DNA from: Ilumatobacteraceae bacterium
Lineage (GTDB): Bacteria; Actinomycetota; Acidimicrobiia; Acidimicrobiales; Ilumatobacteraceae
Reading direction: 5' to 3'
Assembly: GCA_942492715.1 (NCBI GenBank)
Contig: CALOFW010000024.1
Coordinates: forward strand, 587 to 64,586
Length of the DNA: 64,000 nt
The translations under genes were made by a program, and so were the position numbers. Numbering within the stretch: the stretch's first letter is position 1; each line of letters starts with the position of its first letter. The notes under the pieces are model-generated. The model made no database searches. It had not been told where the DNA came from and was given only the letters and a program-made list of their open reading frames with translations. Below, one piece after another: positions 37,601 through 45,556 of this stretch.

Positions 37601-38021
37601 CCTTGCGGGCCAGCTTGGCGTCGATCGGCTCGTACGTGAACGTGCCCGTGTCGGGATCGTCGACCCGGCGCAGGAAGTCGGCGATGCCCCGGATGCCCTC
37701 GTGCACGAACGGCATCTGGAACACGACGTCGTGCCCCTCGGCCAACACGTCGCCCACCCGGTCGACCCACTGCTGGAACGACTCGTTGGCCGCGAGATCC
37801 CGCTCGGGCACCTCGAACACCGACAGCCCCTCGGTCCGGTACCGCTCGAGGACGGCGGTCTCGTGTTCGAGGCCCTTGTCGAGCAGCATCTGCGCCATCT
37901 CGCCGAACGGGCTCGACGGCTTCGGGCGCGTGCCCGCCTCGACCTCGTGCTGCAAGGTGAGGAAGTGCGCGCAGTCGAGCCACGCCGTGATCTTCGAGGG
38001 GGTGAGGAGCCGTTCCGCCAT
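34641..38021 (-). CDS. fusion of Cas4/RecB-like PD-(D/E)XK Fe-S nuclease, RNase H-like (TM0106-type) domain and SF1B DNA2/Upf1-like helicase
   Basis: WLDCAHF..YEPIDAKLARKEAKPGHVLQLCFYAEAI..CDHCQFCDFEMVC. DVFLDFEGHPFW. Helicase motifs GPPGTGKTYT, VLVVDEAGQL, ILLGDPQQLPQV, TVDKFQGQEAAVVLFS and RLNVAISRAR. Confidence 0.85.
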   Translation of the reverse strand: MAERLLTPSKITAWLDCAHFLTLQHEVEAGTRPKPSSPFGEMAQMLLDKGLEHETAVLERYRTEGLSVFEVPERDLAANESFQQWVDRVGDVLAEGHDVVFQMPFVHEGIRGIADFLRRVDDPDTGTFTYEPIDAKLARKEAKPGHVLQLCFYAEAIEATTGVLPERMHIELGSGRSETIRVADVLAYWRRLRGQLARLLTDDAPADTRPKPCDHCQFCDFEMVCDAAWRAADSLVHVAGVRTADRLTLQQDGVTTIAALAVLDREVAGLDPARRATFVRQARLQVQARNAPGEKPPFELLAAPSAVDHGALDVDLDAPDPIGFAALPAPDDGDVFLDFEGHPFWHADAELFFLFGLIEKSPTGDWEFRAFWAHDKPEEAVATKALVDHLAARRVQFPDMHVYHYNHTERSSLERLVKEHGVAELALEQLISTGQFVDLLPIVKGAMQVGVEGYGLKYIELLTGYERGHEIDQGAGAVVEYERWMRSRDRAMLDRIAAYNEDDVRATRALRDWLVTQRPADVPWRDAVLGREEPDAELDTRIEALHAFGPGTVEHLMGDLLGYWRRERQVVNADAYRLSIADEADQFESLSAIARLTFQGLEPQVSAKTGRPLKWPWARFTFPPQPIDVDIAKGSKLIVAINEQEWVFFKLEQIDAEAGELSVTWDDNAEEAGVHPSSLVHYNWFQEGAKLTALEELADELLAGRADRVGHAMLRRDLPLFEPGRGPAGGVFVGDVPAICGWATGLDRSYVPIQGPPGTGKTYTGAHMIRTLVDAGLRVGVTAMSHAAIDNLMQAVVDRFEEEGDSENLRAVRKAKEGSVRGVRYVDDNANVARGDFNVVAGTTWLFASKPMRENPVDVLVVDEAGQLGLADTLAATISATNVILLGDPQQLPQVAQASHPGGSGVSALEHLLGDELTVPPDRGVLLETTWRMHPDVCGFISDVIYGGKLHSHDSCVGQTAAGQTGLRWLRAEHKGCSTESPEESAIVVAKVEELLGEPWTDQHGVTRPLTVADFMVVAPYNDQRRCIEAAMRANRATRGVEVGTVDKFQGQEAAVVLFSMTTSSSDFMPRTADFLFSKNRLNVAISRARCLAYLVCTDELLDTRARDVDEMELISALCSFVERAG

Positions 38022-38079
38022 CACCCCATCATGACCGACGGGTGTGACACTGCCGCCGTGCCGAACGGAACGCCTGCGC

Positions 38080-38895
38080 TCAGGTGAAGATCGGCATCGG
38101 ATCCCAGCCGATCTCGTCGCTCGCTCGTCGGCTGTGCATGTCGATGTGGCGGGGGCGCACGAGGTCCGGCGGGGTCGGCTCCGCAACGATCGAGCTCCCG
38201 TCGAGCCCCAGGGCGTCGGCGGCACGGAACGCGATCTCCGAGCGGCTCAACAGCTCGGGCCCACCGAGGTGCCACACACCCGAACGCTGCTCGGTCGGCA
38301 GCGACGCAATCCGCCAGAGCCCGTCGGCGATGTCGGCGGCCATCGCCGGCCGCCGGAACTCGTCGGAGAACCAGCTGGTGGGCCGACCCTCGAGCGCCCC
38401 TGCTCGGAGCCGTTCGGTCGACTGATCGGTTGGATCGAGCGACAGCACCAGCGGCAGCCGCACCACGCACGACGGCACGCGTGCGCCCTCGACGATCACC
38501 TCGGCCCGCGCCTTCCACCGTCCGTGATCGGACACCGGTTCGGGCTGCGAGCGCTCGTCGACCGGACGCCCGTCGCCCGAGAAGACGACGTCGGTGGAGA
38601 GGTGGACGAGCTCGGCGCCCACGGCCGACGCACCGCCGACGACGTGCTGCGTTGCGTCGACGATCGACGGCTCGTCCAACTTCCACGCCGCGTGGATCAC
38701 CATCGACGGCCGGACACGATCGACGGCCTCCCCCACCGCCTGCGGGTCGCGAAGGTCGGCCGTGACGAACGCGGAGTCCGGAACCGACGTGCGGTGGGTG
38801 AGCGAGACGAGTTCGACGCCGCGGGGAACCGTCCGTCGCAGCCAGGTCCCGACCAGGCCCGACGCACCCGTCAGCAGCACGACCGGTGTCGACAT
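38080..38895 (-). CDS. NAD(P)-dependent SDR, RmlD/dTDP-4-dehydrorhamnose reductase-like
   Basis: VVLLTGASGLVGTWL..VIHAAW..LVHLSTDVVFSG. Confidence 0.75.
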   Translation of the reverse strand: MSTPVVLLTGASGLVGTWLRRTVPRGVELVSLTHRTSVPDSAFVTADLRDPQAVGEAVDRVRPSMVIHAAWKLDEPSIVDATQHVVGGASAVGAELVHLSTDVVFSGDGRPVDERSQPEPVSDHGRWKARAEVIVEGARVPSCVVRLPLVLSLDPTDQSTERLRAGALEGRPTSWFSDEFRRPAMAADIADGLWRIASLPTEQRSGVWHLGGPELLSRSEIAFRAADALGLDGSSIVAEPTPPDLVRPRHIDMHSRRASDEIGWDPMPIFT

Positions 38896-38983
38896 GAGCC
38901 GAACCTACCCGGCTGCGTGCACGCCGATGGCCGGGTACCAGTGTTCGTCCAGCGCGCCGGCGGCGACCGGCCATGATGACCCC

Positions 38984-40360
38984 ATGGAGTTCTCGACGAT
39001 CATCGAACCGTTCCGAGTCCATTCCGTCGCGCCGCTCGTGATGACCACGCCGCAACAACGGCGGACGGCGCTCGACGAAGCAGGCAACAACCTCTTCTCG
39101 CTGCGGTCCGACGACGTGCTGATCGACCTGCTCACCGACTCGGGCACCGGGGCGATGTCGCGCGACCAGTGGGCCGCGCTCCAACGAGGCGACGAGAGCT
39201 ACGCCGGATCGCCCTCGTGGTTCCGCTTCCTCGAGAGCGTGCAGGACCTGTTCCCGTTCGAGCACGTGATCCCCACCCACCAGGGTCGGGCGGCGGAGAA
39301 GATCCTGTTCACGGCGATCGGCGGTGAGGGCAAGATCGTGCCGAACAACACCCATTTCGACACGACCCGGGCCAACGTCGAGTACAGCGGCGCCACGGCC
39401 GTCGACCTGGTGATCGCCGAGGGCCGCGACCCGACCTCGCTGCACCCGTTCAAGGGCAACATGGATCTCGACGCGCTCGACGCGCTGCTGCGCGAGCACG
39501 GACCCGACGTGATCCCGGTGGTGTTCGTCACGATCACCAACAACTCCGGCGGGGGCCAGCCCGTCTCGCTGGAGAACCTGCGCGGGGTGCGGGCCCTGTG
39601 CGACCAGTACGGGGTCCCGCTGTTCCTCGACGCCTGCCGATTCGCCGAGAACGCGTGGTTCATCCGCGAGCGCGAACCCGGCCACGGTGACCGCGAGGTA
39701 CGCGACATCGTGCGCGAGATCGCCTCGCTCGCCGACGGCATGACGATGAGCGCCAAGAAGGACCCGCTCGGCAACATCGGCGGCTGGCTGGCGATGAACG
39801 ACGACGCCCTCGCCGAGGAGTGCCGCACCCTGCTGGTGCTCACCGAGGGCTTCCCCACCTACGGCGGCCTCGCCGGTCGCGATCTCGACGCGCTCGCTCA
39901 GGGACTCCGCGAGTCGGTGCAGCACGACTACCTCCGCTACCGGATCCGCTCGACCGCCTACCTCGGCGACGCACTCGCCGCCGGCGGTGTGCCGGTCGTG
40001 CAGCCGATCGGCGGGCACGCCGTCTATCTCGACGCCGGACGACTGCTGCCGCACATCGATCCGCTCGCGTATCCCGGGCAGGCGCTCGCGATCGCGCTCT
40101 ACGAGACCGGCGGCGTGCGCGGCTGCGAGATCGGCTCGGTGATGTTCGGCTTGCAGCCCGACGGCAGCGAGCGACCCGCCGCGATGGAACTCGTGCGTCT
40201 CGCGATCCCGCGCCGCACCTACACCCAGAGCCACATCGACTACGTGATCGAGGTGTGCCTGGCGGTGGCGGCGAACGCGCAGCAACTCGGGGGCTACCGG
40301 ATCACGAGCCCGCCGCGCCCATTGCGCCACTTCACGGCCACCTTCCAGCCGCTCGACTGA
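38984..40360 (+). CDS. beta-eliminating lyase family: tryptophanase / tyrosine phenol-lyase
   Basis: MEFSTIIEPFRVHSV..DLLTDSGTGAMS..HQGRAAE..NTHFDTTRAN..PLP-lysine context MSAKKDPLGNIGGWL..RRTYTQSHIDYV. Confidence 0.85.
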   Translation: MEFSTIIEPFRVHSVAPLVMTTPQQRRTALDEAGNNLFSLRSDDVLIDLLTDSGTGAMSRDQWAALQRGDESYAGSPSWFRFLESVQDLFPFEHVIPTHQGRAAEKILFTAIGGEGKIVPNNTHFDTTRANVEYSGATAVDLVIAEGRDPTSLHPFKGNMDLDALDALLREHGPDVIPVVFVTITNNSGGGQPVSLENLRGVRALCDQYGVPLFLDACRFAENAWFIREREPGHGDREVRDIVREIASLADGMTMSAKKDPLGNIGGWLAMNDDALAEECRTLLVLTEGFPTYGGLAGRDLDALAQGLRESVQHDYLRYRIRSTAYLGDALAAGGVPVVQPIGGHAVYLDAGRLLPHIDPLAYPGQALAIALYETGGVRGCEIGSVMFGLQPDGSERPAAMELVRLAIPRRTYTQSHIDYVIEVCLAVAANAQQLGGYRITSPPRPLRHFTATFQPLD

Positions 40361-40398
40361 GCTCGGCCGACATCGAGGTGAACCGTCCGAACCCGGTC

Positions 40399-40438
40399 GT
40401 ACACCAACAGTACACCTTACGTGTATGATCGGTGTATG
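40399..40438 (+). promoter_or_regulatory. vapB promoter/operator: four TACAC(C) half-sites phased at 11 nt overlapping a -10-like TATGAT and the ATG
   Basis: GTACACCaacaGTACACCttacGTGTATgatcgGTGTATG. Half-site starts at 40399, 40410, 40421 and 40432. TATGAT at 40424-40429. ATG at 40436. No SD. Confidence 0.45.
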
Positions 40439-40645
40439 AGCAGGACTCGAACCAACATCGAGATCGACGACCACTACGTCGAAGCGATCATGGATCGGTT
40501 CGGGGTGCGCACCAAGACCGACGCCGTCGACCTCGCGCTGCGGCATCTCGCCGGCCAGCCGATGACGCGCGAGGAGGCGATGGCAATGCGCGGAAGCCAT
40601 GCGATCGCAAGCGCCCCCGCCGACACCGGACCCGAACGCGCATGA
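40436..40645 (+). CDS. vapB: type II antitoxin VapB
   Basis: MSRTRTNIEIDDHYVEAIMDRFGVRTKTDAVDLALRHL. ATGA overlap with vapC. Confidence 0.75.
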   Translation: MSRTRTNIEIDDHYVEAIMDRFGVRTKTDAVDLALRHLAGQPMTREEAMAMRGSHAIASAPADTGPERA

Positions 40646-41040
40646 TCCTGGTCGACACCTCGGCGTGGGTGGAGTTCGATCGGGCAACCGCAAGCCCCAT
40701 CGACAGCCGCTTGACCCAACTGATCGCGACCACCGACGATGTCGCCGTGAGCGAGCCAATCATCATGGAGGTGCTCGCCGGGGCGCGAGACGACCGTCGC
40801 GAGTGGGATCTGCGTCGCCTCATGGACCGCTTCACCCTGTTGCGGTTCGACGCGCCGGTCGACTTCGGCGGGGCGACGAGGATCTACCGCACGTGCCGAC
40901 GTGCCGGCGTGACCCCGAGGGGCATGGTCGACTGCATGATCGCAGCGGTGGCGTTGCGGTCCGGGGCCGGCCTGCTGGCCGCCGACACCGATCTCGAACA
41001 GGTCGCCCGAGTGATGGGGATCGAACTGGACACCGCCTGA
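40642..41040 (+). CDS. vapC: type II toxin VapC, PIN-domain ribonuclease
   Basis: MILVDTSAWVEFDR..EPIIMEVLAGA..GMVDCMIAAVALRSGAGLLAADTD. Confidence 0.85.
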   Translation: MILVDTSAWVEFDRATASPIDSRLTQLIATTDDVAVSEPIIMEVLAGARDDRREWDLRRLMDRFTLLRFDAPVDFGGATRIYRTCRRAGVTPRGMVDCMIAAVALRSGAGLLAADTDLEQVARVMGIELDTA

Positions 41041-41051
41041 GCTGCAGGACG

Positions 41052-42473
41052 TCAGTCGTCGTACAGCTCGCGGACCACGTCGAGCCAGCGGAGCAGGTGG
41101 GTGTCGCCGAGGTGGGTCTCGATCGCTCGGGCCCTCGCTCCCTCACCCAGCTGTCGCCGGAACTCGTCGTCGTCGAGAATCCGACAGACCGCCGCGCCGA
41201 ACTCCTCGAGGTCGGTCGGATCCTGCACCAGCAGACCCGACTCGCCATCGATGACCTGATCGACGAGACCACCGACCGCACTCGCGATGACGGGTGTCCC
41301 CTTCAGCATCGCCTCGGCAGCGGTGAGGCCGAACCCCTCGGCGAGGCTCTTCTGCGCCACGATGTGGGCGTGACGCTGGAGCGCGTTGACGATCACCGCG
41401 TTCTCCTCGAGGTCGTGCATCGGCAGGCACACCAACTGGATGCGGGAGCGGACAGCATGAGGCAGCTGACGCCACTGGTTCCAGCAGTCCTGCAACACCT
41501 GACCACCCTCGGGGTCGTCGGCCACCGCCGACACGACCGGCCCCGCCAGAACCAGCTGGGCGGTCCGGCCCGAGTCGACGTACTCCGCGAACGCCTGCAT
41601 CACCCCGCCCATGTCCTTCATCGCGTCCCACCGCGAGATCTGCACCACCAGCGGCACCTCCGGCCCCGGCGACGGGCCGGTGCGCACGACGTCGCACATC
41701 CGCTCCACCCGGCCCGGCGAACCATCGCTGCGCTCGAACACGGTCTCGCCCCGCGTCCCGTCGATCAGGCCGACATGCGTGAGGATCGCCTCGACCGTCG
41801 CATCGTCGAGCACTTGGTTCTTCGGCGCGAACGGATCGATCGACGGCCAGATCACCGACAGACGATCCGGCGACACCCAGTCGGGCGGGAACCGTCGATC
41901 GGAGAACACGTAGTGGTCGACGAACGGTTCGAGGTACGGCCGCAGGAACTCCCAGCCGATCCGGCTGTACTCGTTCTGCTCGTCGAGACCGACGTGACAC
42001 CGCCACACCACCTTGCACCCGAGTCGCTTCGCGTGCTCCGCCAGCCCAGCGACCTGCGGGTCGTGCAAGATGACGATGTCGTCCTCGCGAGCATGCGCCG
42101 AGAGGTCGTCCTTCTCCGGCTGCAGCGCGTCGACGTAGACGCGATGCTCCACGTCGCCGAGCTCTCCGCCGTCGCCGGCCGTGCCGTACAGATGATTGTG
42201 CAACCGTTTGGTGACCTCGAAGAACTCCTGGTTCCCCTCGATCACCAACCATCGAGCGTCGACCCCGGCACCACGGATCAGGCCCAGCAACACGTGCAGC
42301 ATCTCGGCGACACCACCACCCGCAGCGGTCGAGTTCACGTTGATCACGCTGCGCCCGTGCAATCGATCGAGCGCCTCCTGCGCCGCCTCGACGGCGAACT
42401 GATCGGTCCGCTCCTGCCCGACGACCGTGGAGAATCGGAAGGGATCCAGCGGGGTGATCGCAACGTGCTCCAT
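41052..42473 (-). CDS. GT4-family glycosyltransferase, trehalose-synthase (TreT)-like
   Basis: NVNSTAAGGGVAEML..VILHDPQVAGL..EGFGLTAAEAMLKGTPVIASAVGG. Confidence 0.75.
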   Translation of the reverse strand: MEHVAITPLDPFRFSTVVGQERTDQFAVEAAQEALDRLHGRSVINVNSTAAGGGVAEMLHVLLGLIRGAGVDARWLVIEGNQEFFEVTKRLHNHLYGTAGDGGELGDVEHRVYVDALQPEKDDLSAHAREDDIVILHDPQVAGLAEHAKRLGCKVVWRCHVGLDEQNEYSRIGWEFLRPYLEPFVDHYVFSDRRFPPDWVSPDRLSVIWPSIDPFAPKNQVLDDATVEAILTHVGLIDGTRGETVFERSDGSPGRVERMCDVVRTGPSPGPEVPLVVQISRWDAMKDMGGVMQAFAEYVDSGRTAQLVLAGPVVSAVADDPEGGQVLQDCWNQWRQLPHAVRSRIQLVCLPMHDLEENAVIVNALQRHAHIVAQKSLAEGFGLTAAEAMLKGTPVIASAVGGLVDQVIDGESGLLVQDPTDLEEFGAAVCRILDDDEFRRQLGEGARARAIETHLGDTHLLRWLDVVRELYDD

Positions 42474-42603
42474 GTCCCGACAGTCTGGCCAACTCGCACG
42501 GCAGCGGCGTACATGGTCGGCCGTGAGTACCGGTGTTGACCTTTGCCTCTTGCCGGGAAGGGAACCCCGCGGGACGGTGAGGATGAGAGCAAGGAGGTTC
42601 GCG

Positions 42604-44520
42604 ATGCGATCGATTCGACGATCTCGTGCAGCTGTCGGCCTGTTGACAGCTGCGTTCCTGGTTGCAGCGTCCGGTTGTGCGGCCGATCGACCCGACCGGC
42701 TCGTGTCTTCCCCTGCAACGGACACGACGGAGGCCATCAGTTCGCCGGAGTCGACGACCCCGTCGACCGCCGCGGCCGACACCCTCGAATCGGCACCGGT
42801 GATGCAGTCGGCTGCCGTTGCGGTCAACGCGCCCTTCGGCGCATCGGCCGTCGACACCGACTTCGTCCCCGTCCAGTGGCTCGTCCCCTGGGACGACGGC
42901 TTCCTCGCCGTCGGCGTCCGACATGCACCACAGCCGCTGCCCGATCAGCTGCCTCCCGAGGTCGCCGATCTCTTCCCACCCGAGGTCAACGCACTCTTCC
43001 CCGATGGGCTGCCACCCACCCAGCAGGAGGCGATCGAGATCCTGGAGGAAGCGGATCTCTTCGATGAGGTGATGGACGTCGTGAACGAGTACCCGGAAGC
43101 CATGGACGCGCTCCAGTCGGCGCCGCGGCCCGCCGCATCGCTCGTGGCGACCTGGTCGGCGGACGGTGACACCTGGACGCCGACCGAGATGACGGCACCC
43201 GACGGCCTCGGCGACCTCCAACAGCTCGCGGTGTCCGGTGACCGTCTCACGATCGCGGGCACGTCCCCACCCGGTGAGGATCGCGTGCCGTGGACCGTGA
43301 CGGTCGCATCCACCACCGACCTCGAGACCTGGACCACCGAGAGCTTCGAGATCCGTCCGCCCGAGGGCGTGCCCGACGACGTTCAGGTCTGGGTCTCTCC
43401 CATCGGGGTTGCTGCAAACGATGAGCACTGGGTGGTCCGGACCATGGTCGATGCCTCGATCGATCCGTTCGAATACCTTCCCGACGAGGTGCAGGAACGT
43501 CTCATGACAGGGGGCTACGGCATCGGCATCGAGCCCGACGGAGTCATGGTGGAATTCGACGGCGAGAGCGACGAGGGGATCGAGGTCCAGCGATACACCT
43601 GGGCCGAGCTGGGCGTGCCGGACGCCGTGGTTCCGTTTCTGCAGGGTTCCCAGTCGCGAGTCGAGTTGTGGTCGGGAACATGGGGCGGGGAGCCGTCGGT
43701 GACCGTCGGCGACGAGCCGTTCGGAACGTTGCTCGCCACCAGCGCCGGATTCCTCGACTTCGGTGATGGCGTCGCCTTCTCACCCGATGGCACGACGTGG
43801 ACGCAGGTGAGGACCCCGCAACCGAACCTCTGGTTCCAGGCCGCGGCACCGCTCGGCGACGACGTCGTCGCGATCGCGGGAACCCCGTACGGCGAAACGT
43901 CGATCCGCATCGTCGACGCGACGGGCACGAACTGGACCGACGTCGAGGTCGCCGGCCTCGACGAGACGTTCTCGGCGTGGAACTCGGCGTCCAGCCCGGC
44001 CTTCATCCTGGCGAACGAGCCATCCGCTCCGGAACCGGAGACGCTGGTCGTCGAACACGATGGGTTCGAACTCACCCGGGTGTTCGGCGGTGTGGTCTCC
44101 TACGAGCTCGTCGACCTCTCCACCGGCGCCGTCGTTGCGGAGGAGTCCGTCGACCTGAGGACCACGCAGACGGCCTCCGACGGCCCGTTCGAGCACCTGA
44201 CCGAAGACATGCTCGGCGTCACCATCACCGATCCGGCGACAGGTGCGATGATCGTGCAGATCCCACAGTCGGCGATGAGCGAGGCCTGGAGCGAGGCGAC
44301 AGGCGGCGGCGACGAGGCCTTCGAGTACGACCAACCCGACCTGTGGCTGCTCGCGACTGCCGACGGCGAGTCGTGGCTCCTCGAAGACCTCGACGACCCT
44401 GATCCCGCCGAACCGAACCCACCTCAGCACGTCACCGTCAACGGCACGACGCTGCTGGTCGGGACGTACGGATGGGAACCGGGTACCGACATCTGGCAAC
44501 GCTTCACGCTGACCGAGTGA
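42604..44520 (+). CDS. large lipoprotein, function unknown
   Basis: AAGGAGG lies 6 nt upstream of ATG 42604. MRSIRRSRAAVGLLTAAFLVAASGCAAD (lipobox). Repeated ..DG.TWT.. segments suggest a beta-propeller-like fold. Confidence 0.7.
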   Translation: MRSIRRSRAAVGLLTAAFLVAASGCAADRPDRLVSSPATDTTEAISSPESTTPSTAAADTLESAPVMQSAAVAVNAPFGASAVDTDFVPVQWLVPWDDGFLAVGVRHAPQPLPDQLPPEVADLFPPEVNALFPDGLPPTQQEAIEILEEADLFDEVMDVVNEYPEAMDALQSAPRPAASLVATWSADGDTWTPTEMTAPDGLGDLQQLAVSGDRLTIAGTSPPGEDRVPWTVTVASTTDLETWTTESFEIRPPEGVPDDVQVWVSPIGVAANDEHWVVRTMVDASIDPFEYLPDEVQERLMTGGYGIGIEPDGVMVEFDGESDEGIEVQRYTWAELGVPDAVVPFLQGSQSRVELWSGTWGGEPSVTVGDEPFGTLLATSAGFLDFGDGVAFSPDGTTWTQVRTPQPNLWFQAAAPLGDDVVAIAGTPYGETSIRIVDATGTNWTDVEVAGLDETFSAWNSASSPAFILANEPSAPEPETLVVEHDGFELTRVFGGVVSYELVDLSTGAVVAEESVDLRTTQTASDGPFEHLTEDMLGVTITDPATGAMIVQIPQSAMSEAWSEATGGGDEAFEYDQPDLWLLATADGESWLLEDLDDPDPAEPNPPQHVTVNGTTLLVGTYGWEPGTDIWQRFTLTE

Positions 44521-44542
44521 CGACCCGCCCTGGATCCCCGAT

Positions 44543-44986
44543 TCAGTCGTCGCCGAGAGCGCCCCACGACCCGGTGATCGTGGGTGAGACCGCCGTCGCG
44601 ACGATCAGCTCGTCGACTCGGAGCGTGACCCGCGCCACCAGGTGGTCGACGAACTCGGCCATCGGCTCGAACCCGCCTCCCTCGTTGATCCGCCACCAGT
44701 CCTTCTCGACGTCGAGATCGGCCCGGTGGACGTCGGTGGTCAGCTCCCTCGGCGTCGCGCCGGGCTGGGCCACCACCTCGTCGCGGAGATGCACCTCGAG
44801 ATCCGCCGGCAGAACGGGCGCGTCGTGCTCGTCGGCAGCGGTCACGAGGACGTCTTCGCGAAGGGTTGCGCCGAGGTCGGGATCGAAGGGCGGCACGTGA
44901 ATCGAATAGCTCACGACGAGCCTGCGTTCGCCTGGGTGCCCTTCGAGGGTCTCGACGCGCAGCTGAGGATCGGTGATCGTCACCAT
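44543..44986 (-). CDS. hypothetical protein
   Basis: MVTITDPQLRVETLEGHPGERRLVVSYSIHVPPFDPDLGATLREDVLVTAADEHD... No family recognised. Confidence 0.5.
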   Translation of the reverse strand: MVTITDPQLRVETLEGHPGERRLVVSYSIHVPPFDPDLGATLREDVLVTAADEHDAPVLPADLEVHLRDEVVAQPGATPRELTTDVHRADLDVEKDWWRINEGGGFEPMAEFVDHLVARVTLRVDELIVATAVSPTITGSWGALGDD

Positions 44987-45107
44987 GTCTCGATGATGAG
45001 CGATCCCGCGCGGGTGCGCCAGAGACGATCGGCCCCAACCGAGACCAGCGCGGGCGAGATGACCTCTGGCCCTGTCCGCCCCCATCGAGCAGGCGGACAC
45101 TGCATGC

Positions 45108-45524
45108 ATGGATCACGACACGTTGGGGGTGATCCTCGACGTCACCCCGGGGGACCACGAGGGCTTCGAACGGCACCTGCTCGAAGGCATGGGCCACACG
45201 GTCACGGTGTGTCACGGGCCGGGTGACGACCCGTTCTGCCCGCTGCTCGAAGAGGGCGAATGCGAGTCGGTCAACCAGGCACACGGCGTCGTCTTCAAGC
45301 TCGACCTCGGTCGTGACTACCACCGCCGAATCCTCGAGCAGTACAAGCAGACCCTCCCCGCCGGCATGCCGATCGCCGTCGCGGTACAGCCGGGACAGGA
45401 GACGACCTACGCCGACCTCCTCGACGGGTTGTACGTCTGGAGCCACTCCCCGACGGCAGCGGAACTCGACGGCTTCGCCGCCCTCGTCGAAGCCGCCGAC
45501 GACACCGGCACGAGCGACAGGTAG
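45108..45524 (+). CDS. hypothetical protein with a Cys cluster
   Basis: MDHDTLGVILDVTPGDHEGFERHLLEGMGHTVTVCHGPGDDPFCPLLEEGECESVNQAHGVVFKLDL. The alternating strand/helix pattern is reminiscent of a receiver-like fold. Confidence 0.55.
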   Translation: MDHDTLGVILDVTPGDHEGFERHLLEGMGHTVTVCHGPGDDPFCPLLEEGECESVNQAHGVVFKLDLGRDYHRRILEQYKQTLPAGMPIAVAVQPGQETTYADLLDGLYVWSHSPTAAELDGFAALVEAADDTGTSDR

Positions 45525-45556
45525 GTCCGAGCGTCGCCCGAGACTTCTGCCGTGGC

